From positions 1,798,001 to 1,862,000 of the forward strand of contig JAMWBK010000002.1 in assembly GCA_029953675.1 (NCBI GenBank): a DNA stretch of 64,000 bases, read 5' to 3'. Shown in pieces: positions 37,701 through 50,700 of this stretch. The DNA is from Rhodosorus marinus CCMP1338. Taxonomy: Eukaryota; Plantae; Rhodophyta. Each line of letters opens with the position of its first letter. Within the stretch, counting starts at the first letter, position 1. Under the pieces are notes generated by a model. The model had not been told where the DNA came from. It saw only the letters and a list, made by a program, of their open reading frames with translations, and searched no databases. The position numbers and the translations under genes were made by a program.

Positions 37701-40700
37701 TCTTACAGGAAAAAGACACACAAGCAAACTACTTCAACATCAAACCAAGAACATCCACAAAACCACTCCAACTGCTTCACCGAAGCGACTATTTCGTTCC
37801 GCACAAACCGAATGACTACCAATGCCCTTGGCTTAGTGACCATCTCCACCACAATCTACGAGGCTTATTGACCTCTTCTTACCGAAATGTGTTGAAGAGT
37901 AGGGTTGTCATGTTCGTCCGATAATACCCTTTAGTATATCTGTTAGTACAGTAGATATTGAATAATAGAATATAATAGGGTGCATTTGAGCACAATTCTT
38001 TTACGAAATATGTCATATAATATGACAGGTTTTTTGAAAGAAACGGAAAGATTCTCTTCGTTTATTCAACATGATATGATGTTCCGGTTTTATCGGACAT
38101 TTTATGACAACCCCACTTGGAGAGAAAAGTACCAGTTTCTAAATACCCCCCCCAAAGAGGTGGTGTTTCGTTGTAGCGGTGGAAGGAGCAGATGATGATC
38201 AGCCACCCAGATAGAGTCTGAAGCATGTCAAAGCAGTGTGGCGCCTGTTCAAAAACCAGAAGAGAAGCTACCCGACTTGTTGTATGTCCAGTTAGTTGTT
38301 GCCAAGACAAGGTTTTCAGAATGTGAACAATCCACAGAGCTAGTCTTGCCCGCTCAATGCCAAGATTTGCTGAGGAAATACTGCTCCAGCTGCAGGCGGT
38401 CGGGGAGCTGATGCTCTAAAACTGCATTTACTCTAGTGTTCATGGAGTTTTTCACCAACATCTTTAAAAGTTGATGAGAGTGACGGAACTTGCGTCCGAA
38501 GGCCTGACAACCACTAATGTTTTCGGGGAATATCTATGATTGTGCGCGCATCCTCATGGGCGATCAATGAGCCTGAAGCCCAGCCCTATTGTATTAGGTG
38601 TGGGCTAGAGGTGATTCAGACTTTCTTCCAGTTCTTTACCAGCACAAGTAGCTCATGACAACGGAGTATCGTTCGAGGCAAGCCGAGCGCAGTGTTTTTT
38701 TACGCCACGCCAGAGCTCACTGGGGCGATTCATTCGGAACGAGTTCTCGAGAGCAAATCACAGCTGAAGTACAATCGTAGACATTTGGCACCAGCAGGTG
38801 CGGTAACCGTGCAAAAGTATCACTTGCAGGACCCTGCTGAGATCGGAACGCGACTTACTGTTGTATTTTAGGATTTGTCGTGATAGGATGCGCCAGGTCT
38901 TAGCTCAGCACTCTCCCCTGTACAAGCCTCACTGTAGTCCTACCTGCCGTGTTGTTTCTCCGCGGTCTTTGATGTTCCCGTGGCTTGCTGCCTGAGGACT
39001 GCCCATGGCCTGAGTAGTAGATCTAATCCTGCTCCATTTGTTTCCTGAGGATTACCATCGACTGGAGGTGCTCCACAGAGAACTATCACTTCATACTTAT
39101 CACTTCCGCATATGTTCCAGCCTCTTCCCTCGGGATCGATCCGAGCAATCTCAACTTTGGTCAGCGTCTCTCATTCGACGGCCACCACAAGAGCGAGGAA
39201 CGTGCTCCGCCGTTCCGAGAAACTCCTAGTAGCCCTGGTGATAGAACCTTCCTGAGACTCCTCACGGGCAAAAACGGACAAGAACAGAAAGTAGGCGACT
39301 ACAGCCGCTTCTCCAGTCGCCGTGCAAGCTTCTATGACGCTGATGTGCAATTTGTGCCACCGCGTTTCCGGTCAGTCTTCAGTAGGAGGCTAGTGCCAAG
39401 ATATGAAAGGGTGTCTGAAACACTGTTCCGGCGGTCTAGCAGGCACTCACGCAATCACAGAAACCAGAATACACAACTGTGATAGGAGACCTTCATCCAA
39501 GGCGGACTGGAAAACCTCAGCATGGGTGAGTGCCTCCGCCTTGGGCTTCCGTATGCAGTCTTCGCGGAAGCTCCCGACCATGTGACGATGCGGACGAGCA
39601 GTGTCTCTAGCGATAAGAACATACGGATGGGTCAACTCAATACAGGTGTTCCGTATGGCCAGTCGCTTCCTCAGCCACCAAACCAGTCAACATTGGCGTC
39701 GTTCGCCAGCGCTTCCAATAAATCCGGATTTCAGGAACAGATGTCAGTGCGAACAAGGTTTTGGGTGGACATGGTTCGGTCTGATCGCTTTGGTGAACAA
39801 ACTACACAAGGAAGAGGCACTAATGTCGCTCCTTCGTTATCCACTATATATTGCTCTAGTCGTAACCCCTAGTATCCAGTTCGCGATGCGGAAATCAAAG
39901 AGGAAACGCTTTGCCGGGAGGAGGGTCCTAGCTGTCTTCTCGTCGGGACTCTAAGAGGTTCGGGTTGTTCAGACCTACTCCGAACTAACAAGCCGGGTGA
40001 TTCTGGGATGGATAAACATCTCATGCGCGGGTTTCGCCTTCAGGTCACTGCAGAAGGGTAAGTAGACGATGAGGGACACCTGCAATGTACGGGTTACCTG
40101 GGGTTCGTAGGAGTATGAATAGCCAAAAAAGATTCAAATTTCTGAAAGCCCCAGCGAGCCCTCAGAAATTTAAAATGCATTTTGTAGATCGTCCGACACC
40201 CGCGATCGCAACTTTATGCAAATTCAGCAATCAGGCGTTATCTGCACATGCCAAATGCAATTAATGGCGAGTCCTCCAAGGGACCGAGATTTTTGGAGGG
40301 AAAACCTAAAGCCTCCTGCTGCACCGCTGGGAACATAATGCGCGACTCGTTCAGGTCACCGCGCACTGGTGCGGTGAGCAGCTCGATCAAAACCGCCTCC
40401 CCCGATCTCGAAAGATGAAACGTTCAAGACGTTTCACAACAATATGTCAAGTTCGAGTCCACTATTCTCCAATGAAAAACTCATAACTGTATATATCTCC
40501 CGGACAGCAAGTAAACATTGCAATTCCTCAGCCGAGGTTACAAGAAAGAGATCGGAACAAAGCCGATGTGCATTCCGAGCTATCTCCGAATTGCAAAAAA
40601 AAGGGGGACCGACGCAACACCCAAGCGGCAGTGCCACTGTCACTCGAGATTTTCATTCCTGGCCTCGTGCTCGGACCACTTCCCTTCAAACACTTCCGGA

Positions 40701-41792
40701 AAATAATCAAATCAAAACATGCCCGGAGCCCTCGCCTTTGGCCTCAGTCGAAGCATTTCCAAAGAAACCCCCTCAAAATGAATAACTATAGAACAACATC
40801 CAATCGCACGACCTCAATAATGCGTAAGAAACCATATTCTAATTCATGCTCAATCTAAAAACTTACTAAATTCATACAGACGGCACTCAAATCAATTGCA
40901 AACACAATCCAGATTCTATTGTCGACCATCCCCCTGGTCGTCCCTTTGCTTTCGAAACCGGAACCTAATCAAATGCTAGCAAACGAGCGTTTTTCCGAAA
41001 TCGGCACAATCAGTTACCCCCTTCTCTAACTTCCGCAATTCACGAAATTTGCAAAAGTTTCCACAAAAATCGAACACCGCAAGATATCCCAAGACAACCA
41101 ATTAAATTCCATGACGCCTTTCAAATGATATTGAAAGGAAAACTTTTAGGAAGACAAATCTCAGTATCCAATTATAGTAGGGCTTCGCATCCCTTCGTGT
41201 GCAATTGATATCCAATCAATATAAGATTCCGTCTGTTGTCCGGAAACATTGGAATTCTTGACCTTTTGAAGAATGCCATTGGATAAATTGATAAATATCC
41301 AAACGACTAGGTATGCTTTGGATCCACAACAACAGTTGCAGCGTGCGACTATATCCAATTATTATTAAACAAGTAAAATGAAATTATGAAATAATCTCTT
41401 CATTTCACCCTCGAAACCTCGAAAACTTTCTACTTTTCTAATATCCGTTGGATCCGTCTAGGGCCATCCATTATAGTTTCAAGGGCTCCATTTCAACATC
41501 ATTTTAAGAAAAACACGTCCAGCATATTTTTTAAGAAAAAAGGGGATGATATTTCTTGGAAGCGTTATTTGTTTGCATGAATTTTTACCTTGCAACAAAT
41601 GGTATTTGTATTTTGGCAAAATTTTGATGGGTTGACAGGACGCAGGGTCGGGCTTCAAACATTGCCGCTTGGAAGTGCCTATATATTCCGCGGTCGGTTC
41701 GAGTCGGTTGGCGGGGGTTTCTTCAAGACGGACGTAGAGAGCTGAGCAGAAGGTAGAGGAGAGCAAGGGGAAGAGGGTGAAGAATTGGAAAT

Positions 41793-42413
41793 ATGCAAGT
41801 GATGAGGACACCCGGAACGTTGGATTGGGGGATGCAGACCCCTCGTAGGTCGGATTCTCCGAGTCCGTGGCTTGGGGAGCGGAAGGGACAGGCTGACGAC
41901 CTGAAGAGCGAGTTTCAAAAGTTGTTTACGCCTAGTCTATTCGCGTCAATGCATGGTACGACGCCGTTGATTGGGGAAGACCCTTCGTTGCAGGAGGTGC
42001 CGTCATTCGGGATGCGGATGAACAGGATTGACTCGCAACCAAATCTACCGGAGCTCAGTGGGATTGTGCCGTTCCCAGCCCCGAACAAGAGTCAAACAGT
42101 GCCCAAAGTTGTAAAGAAGAGAGAGAAAAAGCCTGTGGAAGACCCGGTTCCAGTTGAGACCAAGCCAGTCGACCCAAGCAAGTTGGAGTACATGCGCCTG
42201 CACAAGAAGAAGTTGCGCGAAGCTGCGATTATTCGCTTCAAACAGAAGAGGGAAGAGCGAAAGCTCGGCGTGAAGAAAGTACGATACCAGTGCCGCAAGC
42301 AAATCGCTGACTCTCGCCCCAGAGTGAAGGGGCGCTTTGTCAGTAAGGAGAAACAAGCATCTCCTTCGTTGGCGGCGATTGACTACTTGGCCAAAGCAAC
42401 TTTTGAAGACTAA
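41793..42413 (+). CDS. CCT-motif protein
   Basis: REAAIIRFKQKREERKLGVKKVRYQCRKQIADSRPRVKGRFV is a CCT domain. No B-box or receiver domain is seen. Confidence 0.9.
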   Translation: MQVMRTPGTLDWGMQTPRRSDSPSPWLGERKGQADDLKSEFQKLFTPSLFASMHGTTPLIGEDPSLQEVPSFGMRMNRIDSQPNLPELSGIVPFPAPNKSQTVPKVVKKREKKPVEDPVPVETKPVDPSKLEYMRLHKKKLREAAIIRFKQKREERKLGVKKVRYQCRKQIADSRPRVKGRFVSKEKQASPSLAAIDYLAKATFED

Positions 42414-43609
42414 GAAGTGTAAATTAGTGTTATATAGTGAAAAAACCCAATGTGAAACTTTAGAACCGATAGCCCACCTCTATTTTTGTTTGTTTTATAT
42501 TTTTAGGTATCAAGCACATAAAAACCCAAATTTCTGACTTTAATCACGATCGAGCCAAGTTTGCTCACAGCAAGCACTTCGTTAAAGCTCAAGCCAATGT
42601 TTCTGATATGGTCAATGGAACGTCATTAGGAAACAATCCTTTGTGGGAGCGTCTCCGATTTCCGATTAAGCAGGCTGGGGAGGAGCGTGCGCAGAATTGT
42701 TGTCGAAAGCCCCACTTTACCATCTGAAAGCTTGCTAGTCAATGCTATCCACAGTTGGTGAGCTCGAGGACGGCATATCCCTGTAAGATCCACAAACGGA
42801 GCGGGGAACGCTCTGGCTGTGCTTGAATTCAAAGTACTAGCGTCATTCACACTCCGACGGGAATCTCTGTGAGGGAGGCGTTGGCAACGATTCTTTACTA
42901 AGCACAGCGCCAGCATAATGCCACATGTTTACAGGTCGAATAAATCCACAACGTCAGGGCAGACGCGGATTAGAGAGATAATGAATCTGTTGCAGCGAAT
43001 CTAGGCTTCTCGTTAATAGCCATGGCGTCACTGGCAATCAACCAAATACGCACCCAATAGCCTAGCTGAAGTCGGATCTGAAAACCTTCACTTCGATAGA
43101 ATTGAAAATGATTCTGAAGATTGGATGTGGGCGAGGAATTCGATGATCTCATGGAATATCAACAGCTGGTCCCATGGAGATGGTTGTCCATCGCAACGCG
43201 TCCAATCTTTTTGATAAGAGGCGATTCCCGATCCCGAACAACCACCAATGACGCCCCTGGTTGAAATCGACCTGGGGAAGGCTTTGACAATGCTGGATAA
43301 TGGTTCTACCGAAAACAGAGTAACAGCTCTTGATGATCTTAACGAATCTAGACGAGTAAACGCCCATCAGAGAGATAAAGAATCCGTCGCAGCGAGTCCA
43401 GTCTTCCGGAAAGTCTTGACTGATGTCCTGCAATCAATGACGATCGATAACGAATTGTCTCAAGATCGGATCTGAAGCGGGCTTTCAGAAGGATGGGGTA
43501 GGGGTAGATCTTCGAGCAAGAGGAGTGAGGGGTTGACGATCTTTTGCTCTGACTTTCCGATGGTTTGAAAGGCCCGAGCTTTTTTTTGGAGGTTTTGAAA
43601 GTCGTTGGG

Positions 43610-44823
43610 ATGGGGAAGGAAGGGATGACGGCTCTGGGGTTTGTTCTTGGTGCTTCCGTGAGCACCCGACGGATAATGCGAGCTTCGGAAGGAGTGCGTG
43701 ACTCGATGATCAGGAGGCGAAATGGTCGCTGCAGTGTCGTTGTAAAGGTGTTCACGAATCCCTGGTCGGTATCCTCAGCAGAACTCGGTTCTCAACTGTT
43801 CGCCCTATCTCTGTTTCCGTACTTGGCCTTTCTGAGATCGATCGGAAACGAGGAGACAGACTGTCCACCTTTGGCCGTGCGCGGGTTTCAGTTTCTCCTG
43901 GTTTTCGTCGCAGCGACCATTCCCGCCGGGATCTATGCCAAGGTGGCTTATAACGATATCCTGGCAAACGTGGACTGGTTGCATGGGGGTGCAGAGTCGT
44001 TCCTCACTATTACCAACCTGATCATTCTGCTTGGATTCAAGAGCGACCTCGATGGCTCGAACAAGAAACAATCTAGAAACTTGTTAGCGAAGTCCGCACT
44101 TGGGGCGTCCATCGTGGCATGGATAGGCCTGGTGTTACTAGGCTCGCCGATCACCCCTTCTCACGCTCAGCCGGGAAATGCCCTGAGCGTCCTGACCTGG
44201 ATAATCCACGTCTCGTCCCTGATCGAGTGGTTGGTGGTTATGGACATCATCTGGGATCGAGCTCAACTTACTGGAAACGAAAAATGGAAGGTGAGCCTGT
44301 CTGTGACGGTTTAGCCGTATCGAACACTGTGAAGAATCTGAACCGCAGTGCAGATGCTAATGCAAGCCTCTCCTCCTTATACACCCAGGGGCTGACTTGG
44401 GGTATGATCCCGTTGCACACATCTGGGCTCTTGGCGTGTACCTTCCACCTCTTTTACAACGCTCCGGTATTGGATCCCCTCGTGACGATGCAGGCGGCAC
44501 TCACCTGCATTGGGAACACTACAATGTGGTATGCAGCACAGAGGATTTCTAAAGGTAGAACCAAAGAAGAGTCAAGCAAGGCAGTTTCCTCCAACAAAAA
44601 CGATAAGACTGGCGCGAAGACTATCAACGAAAGTGGATCTAATGCGGCTGAAGATCTGATCAAAGTGGGGGCATTATCTGTTGTAGCGTCACTGTTCCTT
44701 CACTACGGAACGCTCTTCTTCGACTTTCCATTCGAGCCCACGCTGCCATTAGCAATGGCCTTTGTCCTTCTCCCGACAGCAGCAAACGTGTCGAAATGGG
44801 TGCTTCGGAGCAGGAGTAGCTGA
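43610..44823 (+). CDS. Plastid membrane protein with DUF3593 and DUF2499 (Ycf49-like) domains, 1 intron
   Basis: QLFALSLFPYLAFL…ANVDWLHGGAESFLTITN (DUF3593) and NALSVLTWIIHVSSLIEW…WK|GLTWGMIP…LACTFHLFYN…QAALTCIGN (DUF2499). Intron at 44291-44388. Confidence 0.88.
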
Positions 44824-44968
44824 GAAGCATTCTTGCAGTCTAGTTTATGAGCATAGTAGATGATTAAGCCATTGAGACGCACATGAGCTTAGCGCTACGT
44901 GGAAGCTGCTTATTGTGCGGCTCTTCCCCTGCAATAAGTCTTTCTTCTTGACCAACGACAAATACCCT

Positions 44969-45012
44969 GTGTAGTTTCCGTGTAGTTTCTATGTAGTTTC
45001 CGTGAAGTTTCG
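44969..45012. repeat. 4 x 11-bp tandem repeat (GTGTAGTTTCC-like)
   Basis: GTGTAGTTTCC, GTGTAGTTTCT, ATGTAGTTTCC, GTGAAGTTTCG. Confidence 0.8.
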
Positions 45013-45030
45013 GGGGTTCTTTTCTTTCCT

Positions 45031-45246
45031 GGCACCCGTGAGCTTTTAAGGGCATCTGGAAAAGGCACCCATAGTTAAAATCTAAATAACCTGTCTATCG
45101 CCGTAAAGTCTCTTCGACAGAGACACGTGCACTGCTTTGGCACCCATGAGCTTTTACGGGCAGCAGGAAAGGGCGCCCATAGTTAAAATCTAAAAAAAAA
45201 GTCTATCACCGGAAAATATCTTCGACAGAGACACGTGCACTGTTTT
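45031..45246. repeat. Imperfect tandem duplication of about 108 bp
   Basis: Units start GGCACCC at 45031 and 45139. Both share CCCATAGTTAAAATCTAAA and TCTTCGACAGAGACACGTGCACTG. Confidence 0.85.
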
Positions 45247-45474
45247 ATTCCCGTTTTCAAACAGCTCGTACGTTCGAACCTCTGCCGAACTCCAATCGGT
45301 CGCTGTTCACCAAACCTTCCAGCACCGCCTCCATTATCCACTCGATGACGAAAGCCTTCTCTCGTGGAGTCAAAAATGAGCAGACGAGGGACCTTTTTAA
45401 CCAGCGTCAAGAGACTCCGCTAACCTTTTTGCATGTCTTCAAATGACGTGTTGGGAGGACTCGGGATTATGCCA

Positions 45475-46569
45475 TCACTGTGGATTGCGCGAGTATCCAC
45501 GAAACGTCTCCGCTTCAAGAGACTTAAGCCTCGACTCGCAGTCGTCCATTCTCGAAGCCAATCGACTCACAGTTTCCTGGAGCGCTTCCATTGTGGCAAT
45601 CTGGGCATCTCTCTGAGCGTCAACTGCTCTCCATAGTCTATTCGAGCGCGACAGAAAAAAGGGAAGATTTAGTTGGCGAAACCAAGAGTCCCAGGATCGG
45701 TCGGTTGCGATCGTTCCTGACAATTCAAACTCATTCACGGTAAGCTGCTCGCGACGGGAGATCTCTGCTAGTCGATTCGCGCTCGAACCCCAGCCCTGAT
45801 CAACGCTCTGACGTGCCCCCTTCGGAAAGTTCTCCACGGACGGCGTCTTCCCTGTGGACTTATTTTCTCTGCTCCCGACGGTTTTCTTAGAGTCCTCTCC
45901 GGATGGCAACTTTGAGGACTGCACCAGGCGGTCGGGAGAGTCGAACCTAGCATTGCTGCTGCTTCTTAGCGATCTCCTCTCCACGAGCTTCAAGCGATCA
46001 AAGTCGCCACGTCTGAAATCTGTGTGACCGAACTCCCACAAGTCCGGACGCAGCTTCTGAAAGCCGTATTGGTTGAGCTGCCTTATGAAGCTGGAAAAAT
46101 TATTGTGGCGAAAGTATCTTGGGATCACGTCCCTCGCAAAAGTATCTGGATTCCAGATTGTGAAACTCTTCCCATTGTCCGTCCACCTACAGTGCTGCTG
46201 ATTCTCCTCGGCCTGAAGAAGGGAGAAGAGCTTCTGTACAAACGGGGCGGGGGTTTTCAGAGTCGGCAACGATGCTGCAGTCGTTGCGGTCTCCTCTGTC
46301 GGCGCAGTTTTGCTGATATCCTCCTCCACAGGGTAGTACTCTTTCGCAGGCGACAATGGAAAGGGTACCGCGTTAGGCCGGAACTGGGGTGAGTATCCCA
46401 ATCTTAGGGCTGGTTCCTTACCTTCAGATTTGGATTCGCGATCCAGTAGTACCGTACTGATGAAGCTCCTTGCCTTATCTGTCCTCGGACGCTTTCGTGT
46501 GACCTCCTTCCCTTCTCGCGAAAATTGTCCTCCTCCCCGCGTAGTTTCATCCGCGGAGAATTCTGCCAT
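45475..46569 (-). CDS. Heat shock transcription factor
   Basis: HSF DNA-binding domain PFVQKLFSLL…WTDNGKSFTIWNPDTFARDVIPRYFRHNNFSSFIRQLNQYGFQK…WEF. Coiled-coil C-terminus. Confidence 0.93.
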   Translation of the reverse strand: MAEFSADETTRGGGQFSREGKEVTRKRPRTDKARSFISTVLLDRESKSEGKEPALRLGYSPQFRPNAVPFPLSPAKEYYPVEEDISKTAPTEETATTAASLPTLKTPAPFVQKLFSLLQAEENQQHCRWTDNGKSFTIWNPDTFARDVIPRYFRHNNFSSFIRQLNQYGFQKLRPDLWEFGHTDFRRGDFDRLKLVERRSLRSSSNARFDSPDRLVQSSKLPSGEDSKKTVGSRENKSTGKTPSVENFPKGARQSVDQGWGSSANRLAEISRREQLTVNEFELSGTIATDRSWDSWFRQLNLPFFLSRSNRLWRAVDAQRDAQIATMEALQETVSRLASRMDDCESRLKSLEAETFRGYSRNPQ

Positions 46570-47609
46570 TAGCGGTGGTCCGTAAGAAGAAAACCGTTCA
46601 GGTCCCTGACTTGAACCCGTCCGAGCACACACAAACGATATCATCCACGTCTAGCACCCCGCTTATAGCTTTGCCTCGTCCTCGTATACCCTCAACTTCC
46701 CCTAGACACTCTCGTCTAGAGAAATCCAATTTGCATTTTACAATCTTAAAGCTCTACTCAGCTCCTCGGCGTCGATCAAAAAAGTGTATAAGGCCGCGGG
46801 CCTTCATAGCGTAGTCCCCAGCTCTTAGTCGTACGATCGCAACTCATCGTCTTCTCCTGGACTTTTCCGGAGTGCGTTGTTAGCAAAGCCCTGCCTAACA
46901 AGCCCAAAAGAACTGGAAGGATATTGAGTCGAAAGCAGAGCGGGCAAAAAAAAATGGGCTTACACTTCACAATGCAGCGCTGAGGAAAATTTATTTGCAT
47001 ACGGCTTCAGAAGACATCCACGCTCCTCGCGAGAAAGAGCAAAAACCGTTGCTCTACCCTTGTTGCACACACAACTCCATATCAACTTTGCCAGGTCTTA
47101 ACTTTCCCTCACCTTCGTTTCACCATCCATATTGCTATTTATACTTGCTCATTCGGTACTCCATAATCCATCCATACTCATTAACAAAAAATATCGCCAC
47201 ACCATCCAAATCTGCACACCAACATCGCATCGCAGACGACTGATCTAAAAGATTCCTCTGCGCACCTAAACCAACAAAAAAAAAAATCCTATCGCCTAAC
47301 CATGCCCTATCAAACATACCAGATCACCACAAGAGCGGATTCAGTAATTTTTTCTTTTTTGGTAATCTCTTTTGATGATCGCAAAATTCAAACCAGAATT
47401 CCCATTTATTTACCTCGTTTTTTTGCTCTCCTAGAAACTTCTGAAAAAGGTTCGGGGTCGTTTCTTAAAAAAGCAGTGAAAGCATTATCAGTCAATATAA
47501 CTCGCCGGGAAGAACAAGGACGACGTGCTCTCCCCATACAGAGACTAGCACACGATAGCACACTGCGGATGGGTTTACAAACACACACGACGCGCTAAAC
47601 TAGAAATAT

Positions 47610-47767
47610 GGTTGTAAGCCAAGTGGGTCGGGTTTTTCGTTGTTTACCCCTCTAAACCACCCTGTTTTCGCGGGTTTAACCACTTCTGGGTATTAAACGC
47701 CGAAACACCCAAGCCACTTAGCACAACCCTGCTAGAAGGACGGGATTGAAAACCGCGAAACCGGTGG
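47610..47767. repeat. Interleaved imperfect inverted repeats (A-B-A'-B')
   Basis: 47610-47639 pairs with 47701-47728, and 47657-47677 pairs with 47749-47767. Confidence 0.55.
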
Positions 47768-50700
47768 AAAAAAAATAGTATTGGATCCCTTGGATGAGAA
47801 AACAAGGCGCAAACTCAACTGGACTGAATACTGTAAGGCTGATATTTTGGAGGACAACATGGACCATTAAAGAATTAAAATTAATTTTGCAAGTTGCAGC
47901 CAGATTTTATTGTTGATTGGACCACGGGTAAAGTAGTTTTATTTCATAAAAAGAACCATAGGTCAAGGTCGAATTTTACCAGCCAATGATACGCAGTCGT
48001 ATAGAATGTGTAGTTTCATAATAATTATGTAAGGAAACGAAGGGGTTGTTGAACAGTTAACAAGAACGTTGGGAAACACTGCAGACACGGAGAAACTGGC
48101 GACAAACTAGGCCAGTTAAACTAGGCCAGTTACTCCGCTGCCAACAATTATCTCAGAGTTGTGGCAGAAAAACACACAAGAATCATTCAATCTGAGTAGT
48201 AAAAGCCGATGATGCTCACCTTCAAAATAAAATACCGAAGTAAAAAGGCCATCAGACTCGCTCCGTTTATTTACTTTTATGGATTTCCTGGTACCGTTGC
48301 ACTGGTATCCCGAGTAGGCGGGTACTTAAAATAGAACCGGAATAAACCCCTCCGTCCTGATGAGAGGGGGGTTCGAAATCTGACAGAATTGCGAGTCTCG
48401 TCAAGGCCTGCTCAGTCAGTACCGTTGTGGGGTGTGTGTGGGGTTGTTTATTTTCCCCACCCTTAGGTTTCATTCGAATTAGTGGAGAACAAAGCGAGGG
48501 ATAGTCGATTCCAGTTCGCCGGTTCCCCAATTTGCCAGGTGGGATTAAGCTTTAACGGTAAAATATGGCTTTTATTGTGGAGCTGGAAAACTGCACCTGT
48601 TTTCGAGGGTTGGGGTGAGTATATGGTGGGGAGTAGTTTCGGTTTCTTGCCCTACATCGAAAGCAGCGGGTTTTCGAGGTGTTCGGATTTGCTTTCGGTT
48701 GGGGGGCGTGCGAATAGGAGCTGGCAAGTTTAGTCGATTGGAAAGGTGAGGAGGGGATTAGGATACTTGCGAATATTGAAATACGTAACAAAACTATATG
48801 AGACCAGTATGACCAATGGAAGAGGCTTAGTAACAAGGTTCACCATTCACACTCCCTTACACAATTCTAAGGTCACTATTGTTGCCGTAAATATCTCGAA
48901 TATACATATTAATTAATAATAATATCAAAAAAATTACTTTATACAACGTAATCTTTGCCAATTTATCCAATAAGTGACCGTAAAATAATAATTTAGCCAA
49001 TCATTGATCTAAACCAATTCGTAAACGGGGATGGACTTCATTTTCCGATTTATAGGGTTTAGCGATGCCCCACCGACACGGGCGGCAATACACGGAAGGT
49101 GGCAGAGTAAATGGGGAATTCACCCACTCGTGCCGCCGAAATTTTTATACTCTACGATGTCTGGGCAATTCACGTCAAAGGTATGTTCTATATCCTATAG
49201 TTTCTTTTTGGATCGGTTCTCAGTTTTTATTTGGAACCTAAATATTGTTTGCGAAATTTTAGAATCTCGAACCCGAAAAGCAAACACCGGTCAACCACTC
49301 TGGACGCGTGACCGAATAGCTGCCCACCAGTTCAGAAATTTCCTCTTCGTGTGGCTTGTTACAAATCAAATTTTCTTTCGCTCCGTTGACCCACCATATT
49401 CCTTTTCCGCAATATAAAACCCCCTCCACACGCGCTCACCCCGGCCTTACTGACTGTGCGGGCGTGTTGCCAATCCACGCAAGGAGTCGTCCTCGGGAGT
49501 GGGTCGTTCTTGACGACGATATCCTCAATCCGCTACGGCGCGAGTCACACGCAGTTGCTGTTTCAGTCTATAAACGGCCCCTGCGAAGTGTGTAAAGTCT
49601 TTAGTGGCTGAGCGGAAAAGAGGTAGGGATTTTACGCCAAATGTTCTGCCCCTAGCACTCTGATTCGGCTAAAAGATGATATGCAACAGTAGTGGAAATC
49701 GTTCGAACCGACTTGCGAGTTTACCAAACCTCATCGCTCGCATCACTCAGTACCCAGGGGTGCCCGGAGAGGTAAGATTCCCGTTGTATTCATGTTCAAA
49801 CGATTTAGACTGGCTCGTCGATCTTGAGGTGATCGGCGCGCTCCAAGATGACTCGGTGGTCATCTATTCGGCAGGCACAAAGGTGGGCCCATAGTACTCG
49901 GCTTACGAGCCTCCGCAGGCTTTCGAGAACATGGAGGTTCCCCTGTTGCAAATCGAAGGAAAAGGAGGTTTTCACCAAATATCGTGCAGGCGTCAGCTCA
50001 ACTCTACAACCAACACATTGATCCTCGAGTGTGGCGGAAGGTGGTGGAAGGCGTCAACTTCGCTTAAGCGAAGGTGACACCTATGGTTGGGTCAGACAGA
50101 GAAGCTTCCTTTTGTGGCTCAGTAACTAAGTGGAACCTACCAATGGCGCTCGTCCACTGAGCAGTAAGTAAAATCGCGACGAACAGTGAAAGAAGCCTCT
50201 CTTTCCCAGAACAGTCAGCCAGCAGAAGACCGGCGCGATTGAGTACATACAAAAGAAGCTCTCTCACTCCTACCTCTCTGAGCCTCTCTCAAGAGATCTG
50301 CCAGCTTCGGCGCTTTGCGGACTATCTAATTCCTCGGTCGGTTAGAAACGTAGGGAATCCTGCCGTTCTCATAACCTATTGGGGAGGTGCATAGAGAGTC
50401 CGCAAAATATGTTTCAAAGCGAAAGCTCTCATTCTCTCCCGCTCTCTCCAGCCTTGAAGTTGTCTCTGAAAAGAAGTATCCGATTGGGCCCCGTGCCGGA
50501 AAGCCCAGAGAAAATTAAAGACCGACCGCGCGCTAAAGGCCCACACAAGCTAAATCTGGATTTATGGTACCCGCCACCGACACCCCCTCATCCCCGATGG
50601 TTCCATTACTAAACTCTGAAATTTAGAATATTTTTGTAAAGTACATTCTCGAATGTTCATAATTCATCTGTTTTTCATTAATCCTATGGTCAGTTGTTAT

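Noticed and set aside
44969-45246. Possible CRISPR-like array
   Set aside because: These are contiguous tandem units without unique spacers, in eukaryotic DNA with no cas genes.
47430-47450. Heat-shock element upstream of HSF
   Set aside because: The GAA/TTC spacing does not fit nGAAnnTTCnnGAAn.
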